This document shows, piece after piece, positions 36,552 to 45,599 of a stretch of 64,000 bases of DNA. Where the stretch lies: positions 32,001 through 96,000 of the forward strand of contig JAUSGI010000006.1 of assembly GCA_030649135.1 (NCBI GenBank). The letters are read 5' to 3'. The notes beneath the pieces were generated by a model, which worked only from the letters and a program-made list of their open reading frames with translations, was not told where the DNA came from and ran no database searches. The position numbers and the translations under genes are program-made. The first letter of the stretch is position 1. Each line of letters starts with the position of its first letter. Source of the stretch: a bacterium (GTDB lineage Bacteria; Patescibacteriota; Minisyncoccia; Phycocordibacterales; Zambryskibacteraceae).

Positions 36552-39500
36552 TATTTTGAGGATTATCCGGTTTCTTCTTTAACTCCACATCAAGTGCCAG
36601 GCCGCGAAGGTTATTTAAAAGCACATTAAACGAGGCCGGCAGATGCGGTTCCGGAATCTGCTCTCCCTTAACTATTGCGTCAAAAGCCGCGCTGCGACCT
36701 AAAATGTCGTCAGACTTGATAGTCAGCATCTCGCGGAGAGTATAGCTTGCTCCGTGGCCGAGAAGCGCCCAGACTTCCATCTCCCCGAAACGCTGGCCAC
36801 CATTCTGCGCTTTACCTCCCAGAGGCTGTTGAGTGATGAGGGAATACGGACCGATGGAACGCATATGTATTTTGTCTTCGACCATGTGGTGAAGTTTAAG
36901 AATATACATGTAGCCGATAGCAATCTCTTGATTGAACGACTCGCCGGTGCGACCGTCGAAAAGTTTAACTTTGCCGGATTCTTTAAAGTTTGCCTTAACG
37001 AGTTCCTCCTTAATCTCATCCTCGGTCGCACCGGCGAAGGGCGGTACAATCGCTTGATAGTTAAGGGTATGCGCCGCAAGGCCAAGATGCATCTCCAAAA
37101 TCTGCCCGAGATTCATACGGGAAGGCACTCCGAGAGGGGTCAGAATCACATCGATAGGAGTACCATCGGCCATATAAGGCATATCTTCAACCGGTAGAAT
37201 TCTGGAGATAACACCTTTATTGCCGTGGCGACCAGCCAGTTTGTCGCCTACCGAGACGTTTCTCAATTGCGCCACTTGAATATGAATTTGTTTCAGAATC
37301 CCCGAATCGAGCTTGTCCCCTTTCTCGCGGGTAAAGACTTGTACCGATATCACCCGGCCCCGCTTGCCTCCTTCCATGCGCTTGGAAGTATCTTTGACAT
37401 CGCGGGCTTTCTCACCGAAAAGAGAACGGAGCAGACGTTCTTCCGGAGTCAGTTGGGACTCGCCCTTGGGAGTAATTTTACCTACCAAAATATCGCCGGA
37501 ACGAACTTCGGCTCCAACTCTGATGATGCCATCTTCGGCCAAGTTTTTGAGCTTGGATTCTCCAACATTCGGGATATCGCAAGTGGTCATCTCCGGCCCC
37601 AATTTAGTATCTCTGACATTTACAGTAAACTCCTCGATATGAATAGAGGTAAATTTGCTTTTCTCAACCAGGCGCTCGGATATAATGATGGCATCTTCGT
37701 AATTAGCTCCGGACCATGACATGAATGCCACCAAAACATTCTGCCCAATGGACATCTGCCCATTGGATGAAGAAGACGTGTCGGCCAAAACGGACCCTTT
37801 CTTCACCTTCTGCCCCAACTCGACTGAAGGTCTTTGGTGAAAAGTGGTAAAACCATTGGTCATGGAGAAATTTACCAAAGGAAACTTGTGGCTATTCCCC
37901 TTGTTGTCTTTTACCACCACCAACTTGCCATCCACATAAGACACTACGCCATCTACGTTTGAGAAAACAATACGGCCGGTATCACGAATCGCTATTTCCT
38001 CGATACCGGTGGCCACCAATGGCACCTCCGGGACAATGCAGGGTGTTGCCTGCTTCTGCATATTTGAACCCATGAGCGCGCGATTGGCATCATCGTGATT
38101 GAGAAACGGAATCATCGAGGTTGCAATCGAGAAGGCCTGGTTGGTCGCCACGTCCATAAAGTCAACATCATCGCGAGAACGGGTCTGAGGAGTGCCTTTG
38201 ACGCGCACTTCCACCATATCGCTCACTATTTTATCCGCCTCGATGGGCGTAGCTGCATGGGCAATAATCGAGTTTTCTTCCTCTAGGGCATTGAGATATT
38301 TAATTTCTCCGGTAATCTTGCCCGCCGAGACTACTGCATAGGGAGTCTCAATCATACCGAACTCGTTGATGCGGGCGTAAGCGGCTAAACGCAGGATGAG
38401 ACCAATGTTTGGACCCTCCGGAGTCTGAATGGGGCAAAGGCGACCATAGTGCGACGGATGAACATCTCGTACTTCGTAACCGGCGCGAGCACGATTGAGA
38501 CCACCCGGACCAAGAGCCGAAACGGTACGGAGATGTTCGAGTTCTTCAAGTGCATTGGTCTGTTGCATGAACTGCGAAAGTTGGTTGGTGGTGAAAAACT
38601 CTTTCATCCTGGCCTGGAGTGGTTTGGGGGAGATGAATTGCACGGGCAAGGTGACGTCGGTATCGATGGTAGACATCCGATTCTGAATATTGCGTTTAAT
38701 CTGGGCCATACCGACACGAATCTTCTGTTGGAAAAGTTCTCCCACGAGACGCACTCTTCGGGAACCCAAGTGGTCGATGTCATCTTCCTTCACACCCGGG
38801 GTGACATTGAGATAAATAATATGCGAGATGATAGATACCATGTCAGAAAGGGAGAGCGTGCGGCGTTCAATCTCTTTGGCGGTTTCTTTGATACCGAAAC
38901 GGTTATTGAATCGAAAACGACCAACGCGAGAAAGGTCATAACGCTCCTTGTCGAAGATGGAGCGGACGAACTCACGGGCATTTTCCGCTGCTGCCAAGTC
39001 ACCATCGCGCAAACGTTTGTGGATTTCTATGGCGGCCTCGTCGATAGTGGTTGTGTGGTCCTTGGCCAAAGTCTTCTCAAGATGATGCTTGGCGCCGGCC
39101 ACGCCTTCAAAGAGAGCTGCAATCTTGTCGTTTGAGGTCACACCGAAAGCGCGTAGAAGAATAGTAATGGGAAATTTTCTCTTGCGGTCAATACGAACAT
39201 AGATGGTGCCGTCCAAGTCGGTTTCCAGCTCAATCCAAGCGCCGCGACTTGGGATAATTTTGGCACCGAAAGTTTTTTTACCTTTCAACTCTTGAGCTGT
39301 AAAAGAAACTCCGGTTGAACGAGCAAGCTGTGGCACCACTACACGTTCAATACCGGAGATGATGAAGGTGCCGTGCGTTGTCATGAGCGGAAAATCCGCC
39401 ATGAAAATTTCTTGCTCCTTCTCGGTACCCATAATCAGATTCTTGAGCCGTACTCGCACTTTCAAAGGTGCCTCGTAAGAGAGCTTTCTATCCTTGGCTA

Positions 39501-39762
39501 TGTACTCGTCAAATTTCGGCTCTGCCAATTCAAAACTAACAAAGTCCAGCTGAAATTTTTTCTCGGAAAAATCTTTAATGGATGAGAATTCTTCGAAAAC
39601 TTCTTTGAGACCTTTTTCAATCAACCACTTGAATGACTCCACCTGCGAGACTACCAGATTCGGTGTCTCGGCTAAGGGTTTCCTAAATCGACCGAAATAT
39701 TTTTTCGGTCGTACGGTTGGATTGATTAAGTTGGCAGATTTTCCCGATGGGGGTGTATCCAT
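36544..39762 (-). CDS. rpoB: DNA-directed RNA polymerase subunit beta (RpoB)
   Basis: 1072 aa. Segment GPGGLNRARAGYEVRDVHPSHYGRLCPIQTPEGPNIGL. Overlaps rpoC by 8 nt. No SD. Confidence 0.95.
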   Translation of the reverse strand: MDTPPSGKSANLINPTVRPKKYFGRFRKPLAETPNLVVSQVESFKWLIEKGLKEVFEEFSSIKDFSEKKFQLDFVSFELAEPKFDEYIAKDRKLSYEAPLKVRVRLKNLIMGTEKEQEIFMADFPLMTTHGTFIISGIERVVVPQLARSTGVSFTAQELKGKKTFGAKIIPSRGAWIELETDLDGTIYVRIDRKRKFPITILLRAFGVTSNDKIAALFEGVAGAKHHLEKTLAKDHTTTIDEAAIEIHKRLRDGDLAAAENAREFVRSIFDKERYDLSRVGRFRFNNRFGIKETAKEIERRTLSLSDMVSIISHIIYLNVTPGVKEDDIDHLGSRRVRLVGELFQQKIRVGMAQIKRNIQNRMSTIDTDVTLPVQFISPKPLQARMKEFFTTNQLSQFMQQTNALEELEHLRTVSALGPGGLNRARAGYEVRDVHPSHYGRLCPIQTPEGPNIGLILRLAAYARINEFGMIETPYAVVSAGKITGEIKYLNALEEENSIIAHAATPIEADKIVSDMVEVRVKGTPQTRSRDDVDFMDVATNQAFSIATSMIPFLNHDDANRALMGSNMQKQATPCIVPEVPLVATGIEEIAIRDTGRIVFSNVDGVVSYVDGKLVVVKDNKGNSHKFPLVNFSMTNGFTTFHQRPSVELGQKVKKGSVLADTSSSSNGQMSIGQNVLVAFMSWSGANYEDAIIISERLVEKSKFTSIHIEEFTVNVRDTKLGPEMTTCDIPNVGESKLKNLAEDGIIRVGAEVRSGDILVGKITPKGESQLTPEERLLRSLFGEKARDVKDTSKRMEGGKRGRVISVQVFTREKGDKLDSGILKQIHIQVAQLRNVSVGDKLAGRHGNKGVISRILPVEDMPYMADGTPIDVILTPLGVPSRMNLGQILEMHLGLAAHTLNYQAIVPPFAGATEDEIKEELVKANFKESGKVKLFDGRTGESFNQEIAIGYMYILKLHHMVEDKIHMRSIGPYSLITQQPLGGKAQNGGQRFGEMEVWALLGHGASYTLREMLTIKSDDILGRSAAFDAIVKGEQIPEPHLPASFNVLLNNLRGLALDVELKKKPDNPQNNA

Positions 39763-39765
39763 AAA

Positions 39766-39804
39766 GTAAAAAAATTCAAAGCACGCCGTGACTATCCGTG
39801 CTTA
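39766..39804 (-). terminator. Hairpin (AAGCACG/CGUGCUU, 12-nt loop) plus U-run downstream of trmD, ending 4 nt before the rpoB ATG
   Basis: On the minus strand the stem-loop is followed by UGAAUUUUUUU and abuts the rpoB start codon. Confidence 0.45.
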
Positions 39805-39864
39805 CCAAAAAATGATTAATCTATACTGAAACTCTTTCTACTGGCCGTAACTCAATCGTTCGGG

Positions 39865-40539
39865 CTATCTTACTCCAGTACCCTGTTTCCTGTCAAGCCC
39901 CCGTCTACCTTTTTTCCACACATCTATCTTGGCACGGTGGCCGGAGAGAAGAACCTTGGGCACACGATATGATTTACCTTTGTATTTGAAAACTTCTGGA
40001 CGTGTATAGACTTCGCTAGATGATATGCGCCTCTCCTCAACAGAATCAAAATTGCCCAAGACGCCTGAGACCTGGCGACTCATAACATCTACAATAACCA
40101 TCGCCGGCAGTTCTCCTCCCGTCAGTATAAAAGGTCCAACTGATATTTCATCCATCTTGAAAATTTTCTTCACCCGAGCATCAATACCTTCATAGCGCCC
40201 ACATACAATAATCACATTTTTATACTTCTTAGCTACTTTGGCTGCGTAAGTATTAGTAAATTGTGTGCCACTCGGGCTCAAAAATATTATTTTAGGCTTA
40301 CCTCCAGCTTTGGCGACGGCTGAAGCAATAGCTTTCACCACCGGCTCTGCTTGGATAACCATTCCTGGGCCGCCGGCATATGGAGGCCTGTCTATTCTCT
40401 TGTTTTTATCCTTAACAAAATCCCGCGGGTTGTAAAAAAAAACTTTAATTTTTTTATCTTCTATGGCGCGCTTCAAAATCGACTCGCCTAAATACGAGTC
40501 AAATGCTTTAGGAAAAAGGGTGATGATGTGGAAATGCAT
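39865..40539 (-). CDS. trmD: tRNA (guanine37-N1)-methyltransferase TrmD
   Basis: N-terminal MHFHIITLFPKAF. SPOUT-fold motifs including GGPGMV. Confidence 0.9.
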   Translation of the reverse strand: MHFHIITLFPKAFDSYLGESILKRAIEDKKIKVFFYNPRDFVKDKNKRIDRPPYAGGPGMVIQAEPVVKAIASAVAKAGGKPKIIFLSPSGTQFTNTYAAKVAKKYKNVIIVCGRYEGIDARVKKIFKMDEISVGPFILTGGELPAMVIVDVMSRQVSGVLGNFDSVEERRISSSEVYTRPEVFKYKGKSYRVPKVLLSGHRAKIDVWKKGRRGLDRKQGTGVR

Positions 40540-40570
40540 GAGTTAGGTTCTAGGGACTTGGGACTAGGTA

Positions 40571-40936
40571 CTAGCTTTTAAGATCTAGTTTCTTTACTAG
40601 ACCCATGGTCATCTTAGAGACTTCAGCAAGAAGCCCGTTGATTTCAATATACTTCTGTTCAGGAAGAAAAGAAAGCTCCTTAGCAATCTCAATCTGAGTT
40701 TCCAATTCTGATGCCGAACCTAAAGCAATGCTGAGAAAATGCAGAAAATCCTTGGTCGTATGTCTACTTCGACCTTCTGCTATATTCGAAGGGATGGAAA
40801 CGGCGGAACGGCGTATTGGAGAAGTAATCCCATAAATCTCTGATTTGGGAAAATTTTCAGTTACCTCATATACGGCCTTGCAGAGTTGAATTCCTTTCTG
40901 CCAAACTGTTAAATCTTTATGAGAATAAATTGGCAT
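40571..40936 (-). CDS. Four-helix-bundle protein (23S rRNA intervening-sequence protein / Avd-like family)
   Basis: 121 aa. Segments WQKGIQLCKAVYEVTENFPKSEIYGITSPIRRSAVSIPSNIAEG and SASELETQIEIA are typical of PF05635-like proteins. Confidence 0.7.
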   Translation of the reverse strand: MPIYSHKDLTVWQKGIQLCKAVYEVTENFPKSEIYGITSPIRRSAVSIPSNIAEGRSRHTTKDFLHFLSIALGSASELETQIEIAKELSFLPEQKYIEINGLLAEVSKMTMGLVKKLDLKS

Positions 40937-40940
40937 TTGG

Positions 40941-41870
40941 TTAAGCTAGATTTTCCGGTCTTTTAACCTTCACTCTCTGTTGACCGAAAAAAGGACTATA
41001 ACTTGTTATCTCTTCTGATATAGAAAATCCCAGAGTTTTTACTATTTTTTCTATCTCATTAAGCGAATCGGCACTAGCGCTTATCTTCGCAGCTCTATCA
41101 AGCAACTGTAAATCAAGCTCAGGAAAATCATTCTCTGCTTTATCCGCAATGCCCCAGTAGTCCCAGGGTAAAGCTTCCCACTTATATAGGGCGGAGATAT
41201 CACGAACTACGCTTCCTCGTACAAACCACTGACCTTTAATATCAATACTTGAGACCCCAAACTTATCTGGATCAGTTCCATGACGAATCATTTTCCACGC
41301 TTCCCCCGCAACAATAAATTTATCATATGGGATATTTAGTGGGTTAAGAGTGATCTCATATTTCTTGACTACCGTTTCATCAAGATTAGCATCCACTAGA
41401 ATCCATTTAGCCTGTTCACTGTCCCAATATTCACAAAGCCAATGATCATCATAGAAGTCTTTTTTAATTCCAAAATATTGGTCAAAACCACATCTCAAAC
41501 GTGCTGGAATATTTTTATGGCGAAGCATTGAACAGAGCACTATCGCATAATCTCGGCAACTTCCTACAAAGCGATTACCTGGGTCCCTAATCTGATCGAG
41601 AGGTCGATTGTCTCTTGCCATAAGTCGTCCAAGAATAGTCTCAACATACCGCGTATCAACATCTTTCTGCTTTTCCTCATTTAATGTTTCGCCATAAAGT
41701 TCTAGGAAATCTTTATCAATAACAAGATCTTGAACTATTTTCACAAGTTCTGGTATAGCATCCGGCAAAACAGCAAAAAGTTTGCCAAACTTACCTGGTT
41801 TAGTAACCAAGCTTTGGCTTAAATATATTTCTGGTATTTCCATGTTCTTCGAAATCAGAACCTGTCTCAA
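40941..41870 (-). CDS. Transglutaminase-like cysteine protease superfamily protein
   Basis: Cys-His-Asp core GSCRDYAIVLCSMLR ... DDHWLCEYW ... WILVDAN. Confidence 0.6.
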   Translation of the reverse strand: MRQVLISKNMEIPEIYLSQSLVTKPGKFGKLFAVLPDAIPELVKIVQDLVIDKDFLELYGETLNEEKQKDVDTRYVETILGRLMARDNRPLDQIRDPGNRFVGSCRDYAIVLCSMLRHKNIPARLRCGFDQYFGIKKDFYDDHWLCEYWDSEQAKWILVDANLDETVVKKYEITLNPLNIPYDKFIVAGEAWKMIRHGTDPDKFGVSSIDIKGQWFVRGSVVRDISALYKWEALPWDYWGIADKAENDFPELDLQLLDRAAKISASADSLNEIEKIVKTLGFSISEEITSYSPFFGQQRVKVKRPENLA

Positions 41871-41903
41871 GCTGGCTAGTCCCTAGCCACTAGAACCTAG
41901 CCA

Positions 41904-42254
41904 CTAGTCTAGATTCAAATCCTCCATAGCCTCATCAAGGGTCTTGGAGGTATTAGGAGCAGGAGGAGCAATTGGTCCTCGCCTATCTTGCCAAGACTGT
42001 CCGCCCATACCGGCAGGTTCATTAATCTTGAGGTTGATGCGGGCATTATTTTTCATACCTACTACGCGTAGCAAAATCCTGATGGCTTTGGCGGTATTAC
42101 CGGCTCGACCTATCACCTTACCCATATCGTCAGGATGAACGTCTAGGGACATGAGCACACCCATTTCATCGACAGTCCTTTTAATCTTAATGTCATCCGG
42201 ATGTGACACTAATGCTTTCACAACATATTCAAGAAATTGAACATCATCAATCAT
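41904..42254 (-). CDS. KH-domain RNA-binding protein (UPF0109/YlqC-like)
   Basis: Segment MGKVIGRAGNTAKAIRILL matches the KH motif. Position between rpsP and trmD fits the conserved operon. Confidence 0.75.
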   Translation of the reverse strand: MIDDVQFLEYVVKALVSHPDDIKIKRTVDEMGVLMSLDVHPDDMGKVIGRAGNTAKAIRILLRVVGMKNNARINLKINEPAGMGGQSWQDRRGPIAPPAPNTSKTLDEAMEDLNLD

Positions 42255-42274
42255 GCTCTTTAGTTAAGGAATAA

Positions 42275-42637
42275 TCAGACGGCCTCTTCTGTAATCACAG
42301 GCTCTATTATATCATCCGCAACAGGTTTAACTTCTTCAACCACGGGTTTCTTGGTCTCGGGAGCTTTCTTGGACTTAGCCGAAACATTAATCTTTTTGGC
42401 ACTGATGATTCTGTGTTTGACCAGAAGGTTGTGAATGGTGGGAGTTGGGCTAGCACCTTGAGAAAGCCAGTATTTAATGCGTTCAGTTTCCAGAGAATCC
42501 CTAGATTGACGAGGGTCATAAGAACCAAGAATTTCTTTAAAGCGACCACTCTTGGTGCTGTTCTTCGAGTCGGTCAAAACAAGTCGAAAGCTTGGTTCGT
42601 GCGTTCTCCCCACCCTCTGCAATCTGATTTTAAGCAT
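42275..42637 (-). CDS. rpsP: 30S ribosomal protein S16
   Basis: N-terminal MLKIRLQRVGRTHEPSFRLVLTDS, with a lysine-rich C-terminal extension. Confidence 0.9.
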   Translation of the reverse strand: MLKIRLQRVGRTHEPSFRLVLTDSKNSTKSGRFKEILGSYDPRQSRDSLETERIKYWLSQGASPTPTIHNLLVKHRIISAKKINVSAKSKKAPETKKPVVEEVKPVADDIIEPVITEEAV

Positions 42638-42643
42638 CTGAGC

Positions 42644-42672
42644 AGATTAACAAGAAAACACGCATCAGTCAA
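42644..42672 (-). promoter_or_regulatory. Candidate rpsP promoter TTGACT-17-TAATCT, about 7 nt before the ATG (near-leaderless)
   Basis: Minus-strand -35 TTGACT (plus 42667-42672) and -10 TAATCT (plus 42644-42649). No SD before the ATG at 42637. Confidence 0.4.
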
Positions 42673-42679
42673 TTTAAAA

Positions 42680-42713
42680 GGAGGGGCGTCAGCTGACGCC
42701 CCTCCAACGCCAA
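42680..42713 (-). terminator. Perfect 13+13 palindrome GGAGGGGCGUCAG/CUGACGCCCCUCC plus U-run; terminator for the upstream GC-rich gene
   Basis: Hairpin followed on the minus strand by UUUUAAAUU. Lies between the 163-aa gene stop and the rpsP promoter. Confidence 0.55.
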
Positions 42714-42730
42714 TCATCCCAGGCACCCAC

Positions 42731-43222
42731 CTACGCAGAGACGACAGATAAGTCGCAGACACAGAGGAACACATCGTCCTCGTCCAGCTCGCGGTCGAAG
42801 CTTGCCAGATGGAAGCCGAAGCCTCCGCGCTCGAGAACGACGAGGTTGGGCACCTCGTACTTCAAGAGACGTTCCGGCTCGTCGAGGGAGGCATACCACC
42901 GGCCCTTACAGAGACTCTCCCTCCATTCTTCAAAGACGAGGGAGAGACCGGCAGATCCAATGAACACATTTCTTGCTTGCTTGCGACAGAACGCCACCCG
43001 CTCTGCGTACGTCGTCTTGCCTGGCATTACTTGCCCGAATACTCGAAACCACAGCTTGTCACCAGGCCTAGGAATGCGGGTGGGACGGAAATGCCGGTCA
43101 GACCTGGCTCTATCGTCGTAAACGAAGTAGCCAGCATTTTGCTTGCGGAGTGATGCTGGACGATAGTTCTCCGACACCGTGGTCACACCGAAATCATCCA
43201 GTAGGTCAAACTTAGTCATCAT
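42731..43222 (-). CDS. Hypothetical protein (163 aa), GC-rich island 3
   Basis: About 60% GC insert between prfB and rpsP. No recognised domain. Confidence 0.5.
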   Translation of the reverse strand: MMTKFDLLDDFGVTTVSENYRPASLRKQNAGYFVYDDRARSDRHFRPTRIPRPGDKLWFRVFGQVMPGKTTYAERVAFCRKQARNVFIGSAGLSLVFEEWRESLCKGRWYASLDEPERLLKYEVPNLVVLERGGFGFHLASFDRELDEDDVFLCVCDLSVVSA

Positions 43223-43277
43223 TTCGCCCTTTCTTGTTCAGGAAATTCTCGCTTGTCTGCCTAAATTATACACATCT

Positions 43278-44156
43278 CTAGAGAGATTGCTCGGCCTCAA
43301 TAAATTCCTCTAAATTGCCGTTAAGAACTTTTTCGACATCGTGAACCTCAACATTGGTGCGATGGTCCTTGACCATCTTGTATGGATGAAGCACATAGGA
43401 GCGGATCTGGTTGCCCCATTCTATTTGAGTAGTTTTAGAAATATACATGCCCTTTTCTTTGGCCTTACGCTCGTCTTCGAGCAGTTTGTATAACTTCGCT
43501 TCAAGCAGAATTTGGGCTTTCTCTCTATTCTGCACTTGAGAACGTTCGGATTCCACATGCACCGAGAGGTTAGTGGGTATGTGTACGAGACGTACTGCCG
43601 TTTCGCGTTTATTGACATTTTGCCCCCCGGGACCGCTTGACTTCGAATACTCGGTCTTAATATCTTCCGGCGGAATTTTCACCTCGTCCGGTTTCTCAAA
43701 TTTAGGAATAACCTCCACCATCGAAAACGAGGTGTGCCGAAGCGCTTTGGCGTTGAAAGGCGAGATACGCACCAGACGGTGAACGCCCGATTCATTCTTC
43801 AACGTGCCATAAACATTTTTGCCATTTATCTCCAGAGTGATATTTCTATAACCGCCATGGTCATTTTCATTTTTATGGATAATAGAGTATTGCCACTTTT
43901 GTTTATCAAAAAATTTCAAATACATTTCTAAAAGAATTTTGGAGAAATCCTCGGCGTCATCTCCCCCCGCGCCGGAGAAAATGGTCATGACAGCCCCACC
44001 CTTGTCATACTTTCCTGCTCCCATAAGTTCACTTTTCAGTGATTCATACTCACGGATAGTGGCTTGAGCCCTGTCTTTATCCGCCCAAAAGTCCGCCGAG
44101 CTCATCGCTTCCTCGATTGCTTCGATTTTTTGCTTTATTTCTTCCGGCTTGGACAT
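43278..44156 (-). CDS. prfB: Peptide chain release factor 2, N-terminally short, no programmed frameshift
   Basis: SPF tripeptide (RISPFNAKALRHTSF) and GGQ motif (GPGGQNVNKRET). 292 aa in a single frame. An in-frame stop lies 2 codons upstream of the ATG. Confidence 0.85.
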   Translation of the reverse strand: MSKPEEIKQKIEAIEEAMSSADFWADKDRAQATIREYESLKSELMGAGKYDKGGAVMTIFSGAGGDDAEDFSKILLEMYLKFFDKQKWQYSIIHKNENDHGGYRNITLEINGKNVYGTLKNESGVHRLVRISPFNAKALRHTSFSMVEVIPKFEKPDEVKIPPEDIKTEYSKSSGPGGQNVNKRETAVRLVHIPTNLSVHVESERSQVQNREKAQILLEAKLYKLLEDERKAKEKGMYISKTTQIEWGNQIRSYVLHPYKMVKDHRTNVEVHDVEKVLNGNLEEFIEAEQSL

Positions 44157-44551
44157 TATTTAAACTGGATTTGAAAATTATACATCCCCATCGCGCAAAG
44201 TCCCTGTAGGGTCGAACCCGATTCTTGAGGGGGCAACTCTACCAAAGTCTCGCCTGACGGCGGCAAATTATTGCGGTAACCCAAACTTGGAATTACCAGT
44301 GCCGCCGAACAATCGAAGGTGCCCAGCGTATTGATTTTGATAACCGTCGGTATGCCCGCTTCGGCGACCGTCATTTTAGGCGAATAGCCGCCCTTAGCAC
44401 TAATTTCAATTATTTGTTTGCCGTCAGTCACACTCACGTTATTAGCATCTTGTGGCGTAGTACCGTCTGAATCTTTGCGACTGCCAACAAGCATAATAGC
44501 TCCTCCAATAAGAACGACAGTAACCAGTATAGATATAGCTGTTATTCTCAT
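44156..44551 (-). CDS. Hypothetical secreted protein (131 aa), possibly cupredoxin-like and copper-related
   Basis: Signal peptide MRITAISILVTVVLIGGAIMLVG. C-terminal FDCSAA...LCAMGMYNF. Stop overlaps the prfB start (TAATG). Confidence 0.5.
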   Translation of the reverse strand: MRITAISILVTVVLIGGAIMLVGSRKDSDGTTPQDANNVSVTDGKQIIEISAKGGYSPKMTVAEAGIPTVIKINTLGTFDCSAALVIPSLGYRNNLPPSGETLVELPPQESGSTLQGLCAMGMYNFQIQFK

Positions 44552-44575
44552 AAGTTAGTACTTTAGCAATTTTAG

Positions 44576-45595
44576 TCAGAAATTAAAAATCGGCTGGATA
44601 ATACCAGCGGCGGCCAAAACATTGACGAGGTTAAAGAGGCCGAAAAATATTACCACAAGACCTGCCGTTTTAAAGAATACCCCCGACTGCGCCTTCTTAT
44701 GAATACCAAGCGAGCTGAAACTCAAGAGTGCCAACACTGGCAGAGTACCCAACGCAAATGCCGACATAATCAACGCTCCGGCCATAAAACTTCCGGTTGT
44801 CAAAGTGTAAATCTGCATCGATTGGGTAAAGCCACATGGCAAAAAGAATGTTACTGCGCCAATCAGGAGGGGGGTGAGGGTATGATTTAAGTTTTTGAGA
44901 CCGTGAATATGTTTACCGACAAAACTTGGGAGAGTCGGCTGAAGTTTCTTGGCCCACGGGAAGACATCGAGGAGGTTAACGCCCAGAATTAACAAGACAA
45001 GCGCCACGGCCAAACTTAAAACTAAAGTGGCGGTCGCGCCAAGTTGAAATGCTGAGCCAAGCGCGCCGATTGCACCACCTAGCAGAAAGAAAGATACCAG
45101 TCGGCCGACATGGAACAAAACCTGCGGGCGCACCTTGTCGCCCTCTTTGGCAAAATTCGTGGACATGGAAAGCACGAGACCTCCCACCACCGCCATACAA
45201 GTAGAGACGGAAGCAATGAGACCCACTACAAACGCCGTGCCGTAACCAACCTCCGATGCCGTGATTAAATTCACAATGCCGAGCTTTTGTAAAATAATAA
45301 ATAGAGCAATAAACGCTCCCGCGGCAGGAAGAGCAATCCGGAAATCAGACCACTTGACCGAGTGTCGCTGTTTTTCGACAGAAAGGGTGTAACCATGCGG
45401 TTTCAATATCACGCTCAAATCTCGCGCAATGTGTTCCGCTTCCTTGTCACCGAAGTCGCCGGTGACTTCAACATTAAAATGCTTAAGTGATGCTTTCACA
45501 TTGGAAACTTCCGGTACCGCACCGAGTTCACTTTCTATAAGCACCGCGCATGAGTTGCAGTGCATACCGTTGACGTGAAATATACAGGTTTTCAT
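44576..45595 (-). CDS. Heavy-metal-associated (HMA) domain fused to a CcdA/DsbD/MerT-like polytopic membrane domain
   Basis: N-terminal GMHCNSC metal-binding motif. Membrane domain has Cys in TM segments (SVSTCMAV, FFLPCGFTQS). Confidence 0.55.
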   Translation of the reverse strand: MKTCIFHVNGMHCNSCAVLIESELGAVPEVSNVKASLKHFNVEVTGDFGDKEAEHIARDLSVILKPHGYTLSVEKQRHSVKWSDFRIALPAAGAFIALFIILQKLGIVNLITASEVGYGTAFVVGLIASVSTCMAVVGGLVLSMSTNFAKEGDKVRPQVLFHVGRLVSFFLLGGAIGALGSAFQLGATATLVLSLAVALVLLILGVNLLDVFPWAKKLQPTLPSFVGKHIHGLKNLNHTLTPLLIGAVTFFLPCGFTQSMQIYTLTTGSFMAGALIMSAFALGTLPVLALLSFSSLGIHKKAQSGVFFKTAGLVVIFFGLFNLVNVLAAAGIIQPIFNF

Positions 45596-45599
45596 AGAG

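Noticed and set aside
33291-39135. Plus-strand ORFs antisense to rpoB/rpoC (for example 33291..33956 and 38449..39135)
   Set aside because: Antisense shadows of highly conserved, long genes. No start signals and no domain-like sequence.
40571-40936. Four-helix-bundle (Avd-like) protein as a sign of a diversity-generating retroelement
   Set aside because: No reverse transcriptase, template/variable repeat pair or C-type-lectin target gene is present nearby. This family also occurs alone (23S IVS proteins).
43278-44551. Programmed +1 frameshift for prfB using the upstream ORF
   Set aside because: The upstream ORF encodes a signal-peptide protein unrelated to the RF2 N-terminus, and there is no CUU UGA shifty site. 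prfB has its own ATG directly after an in-frame stop.
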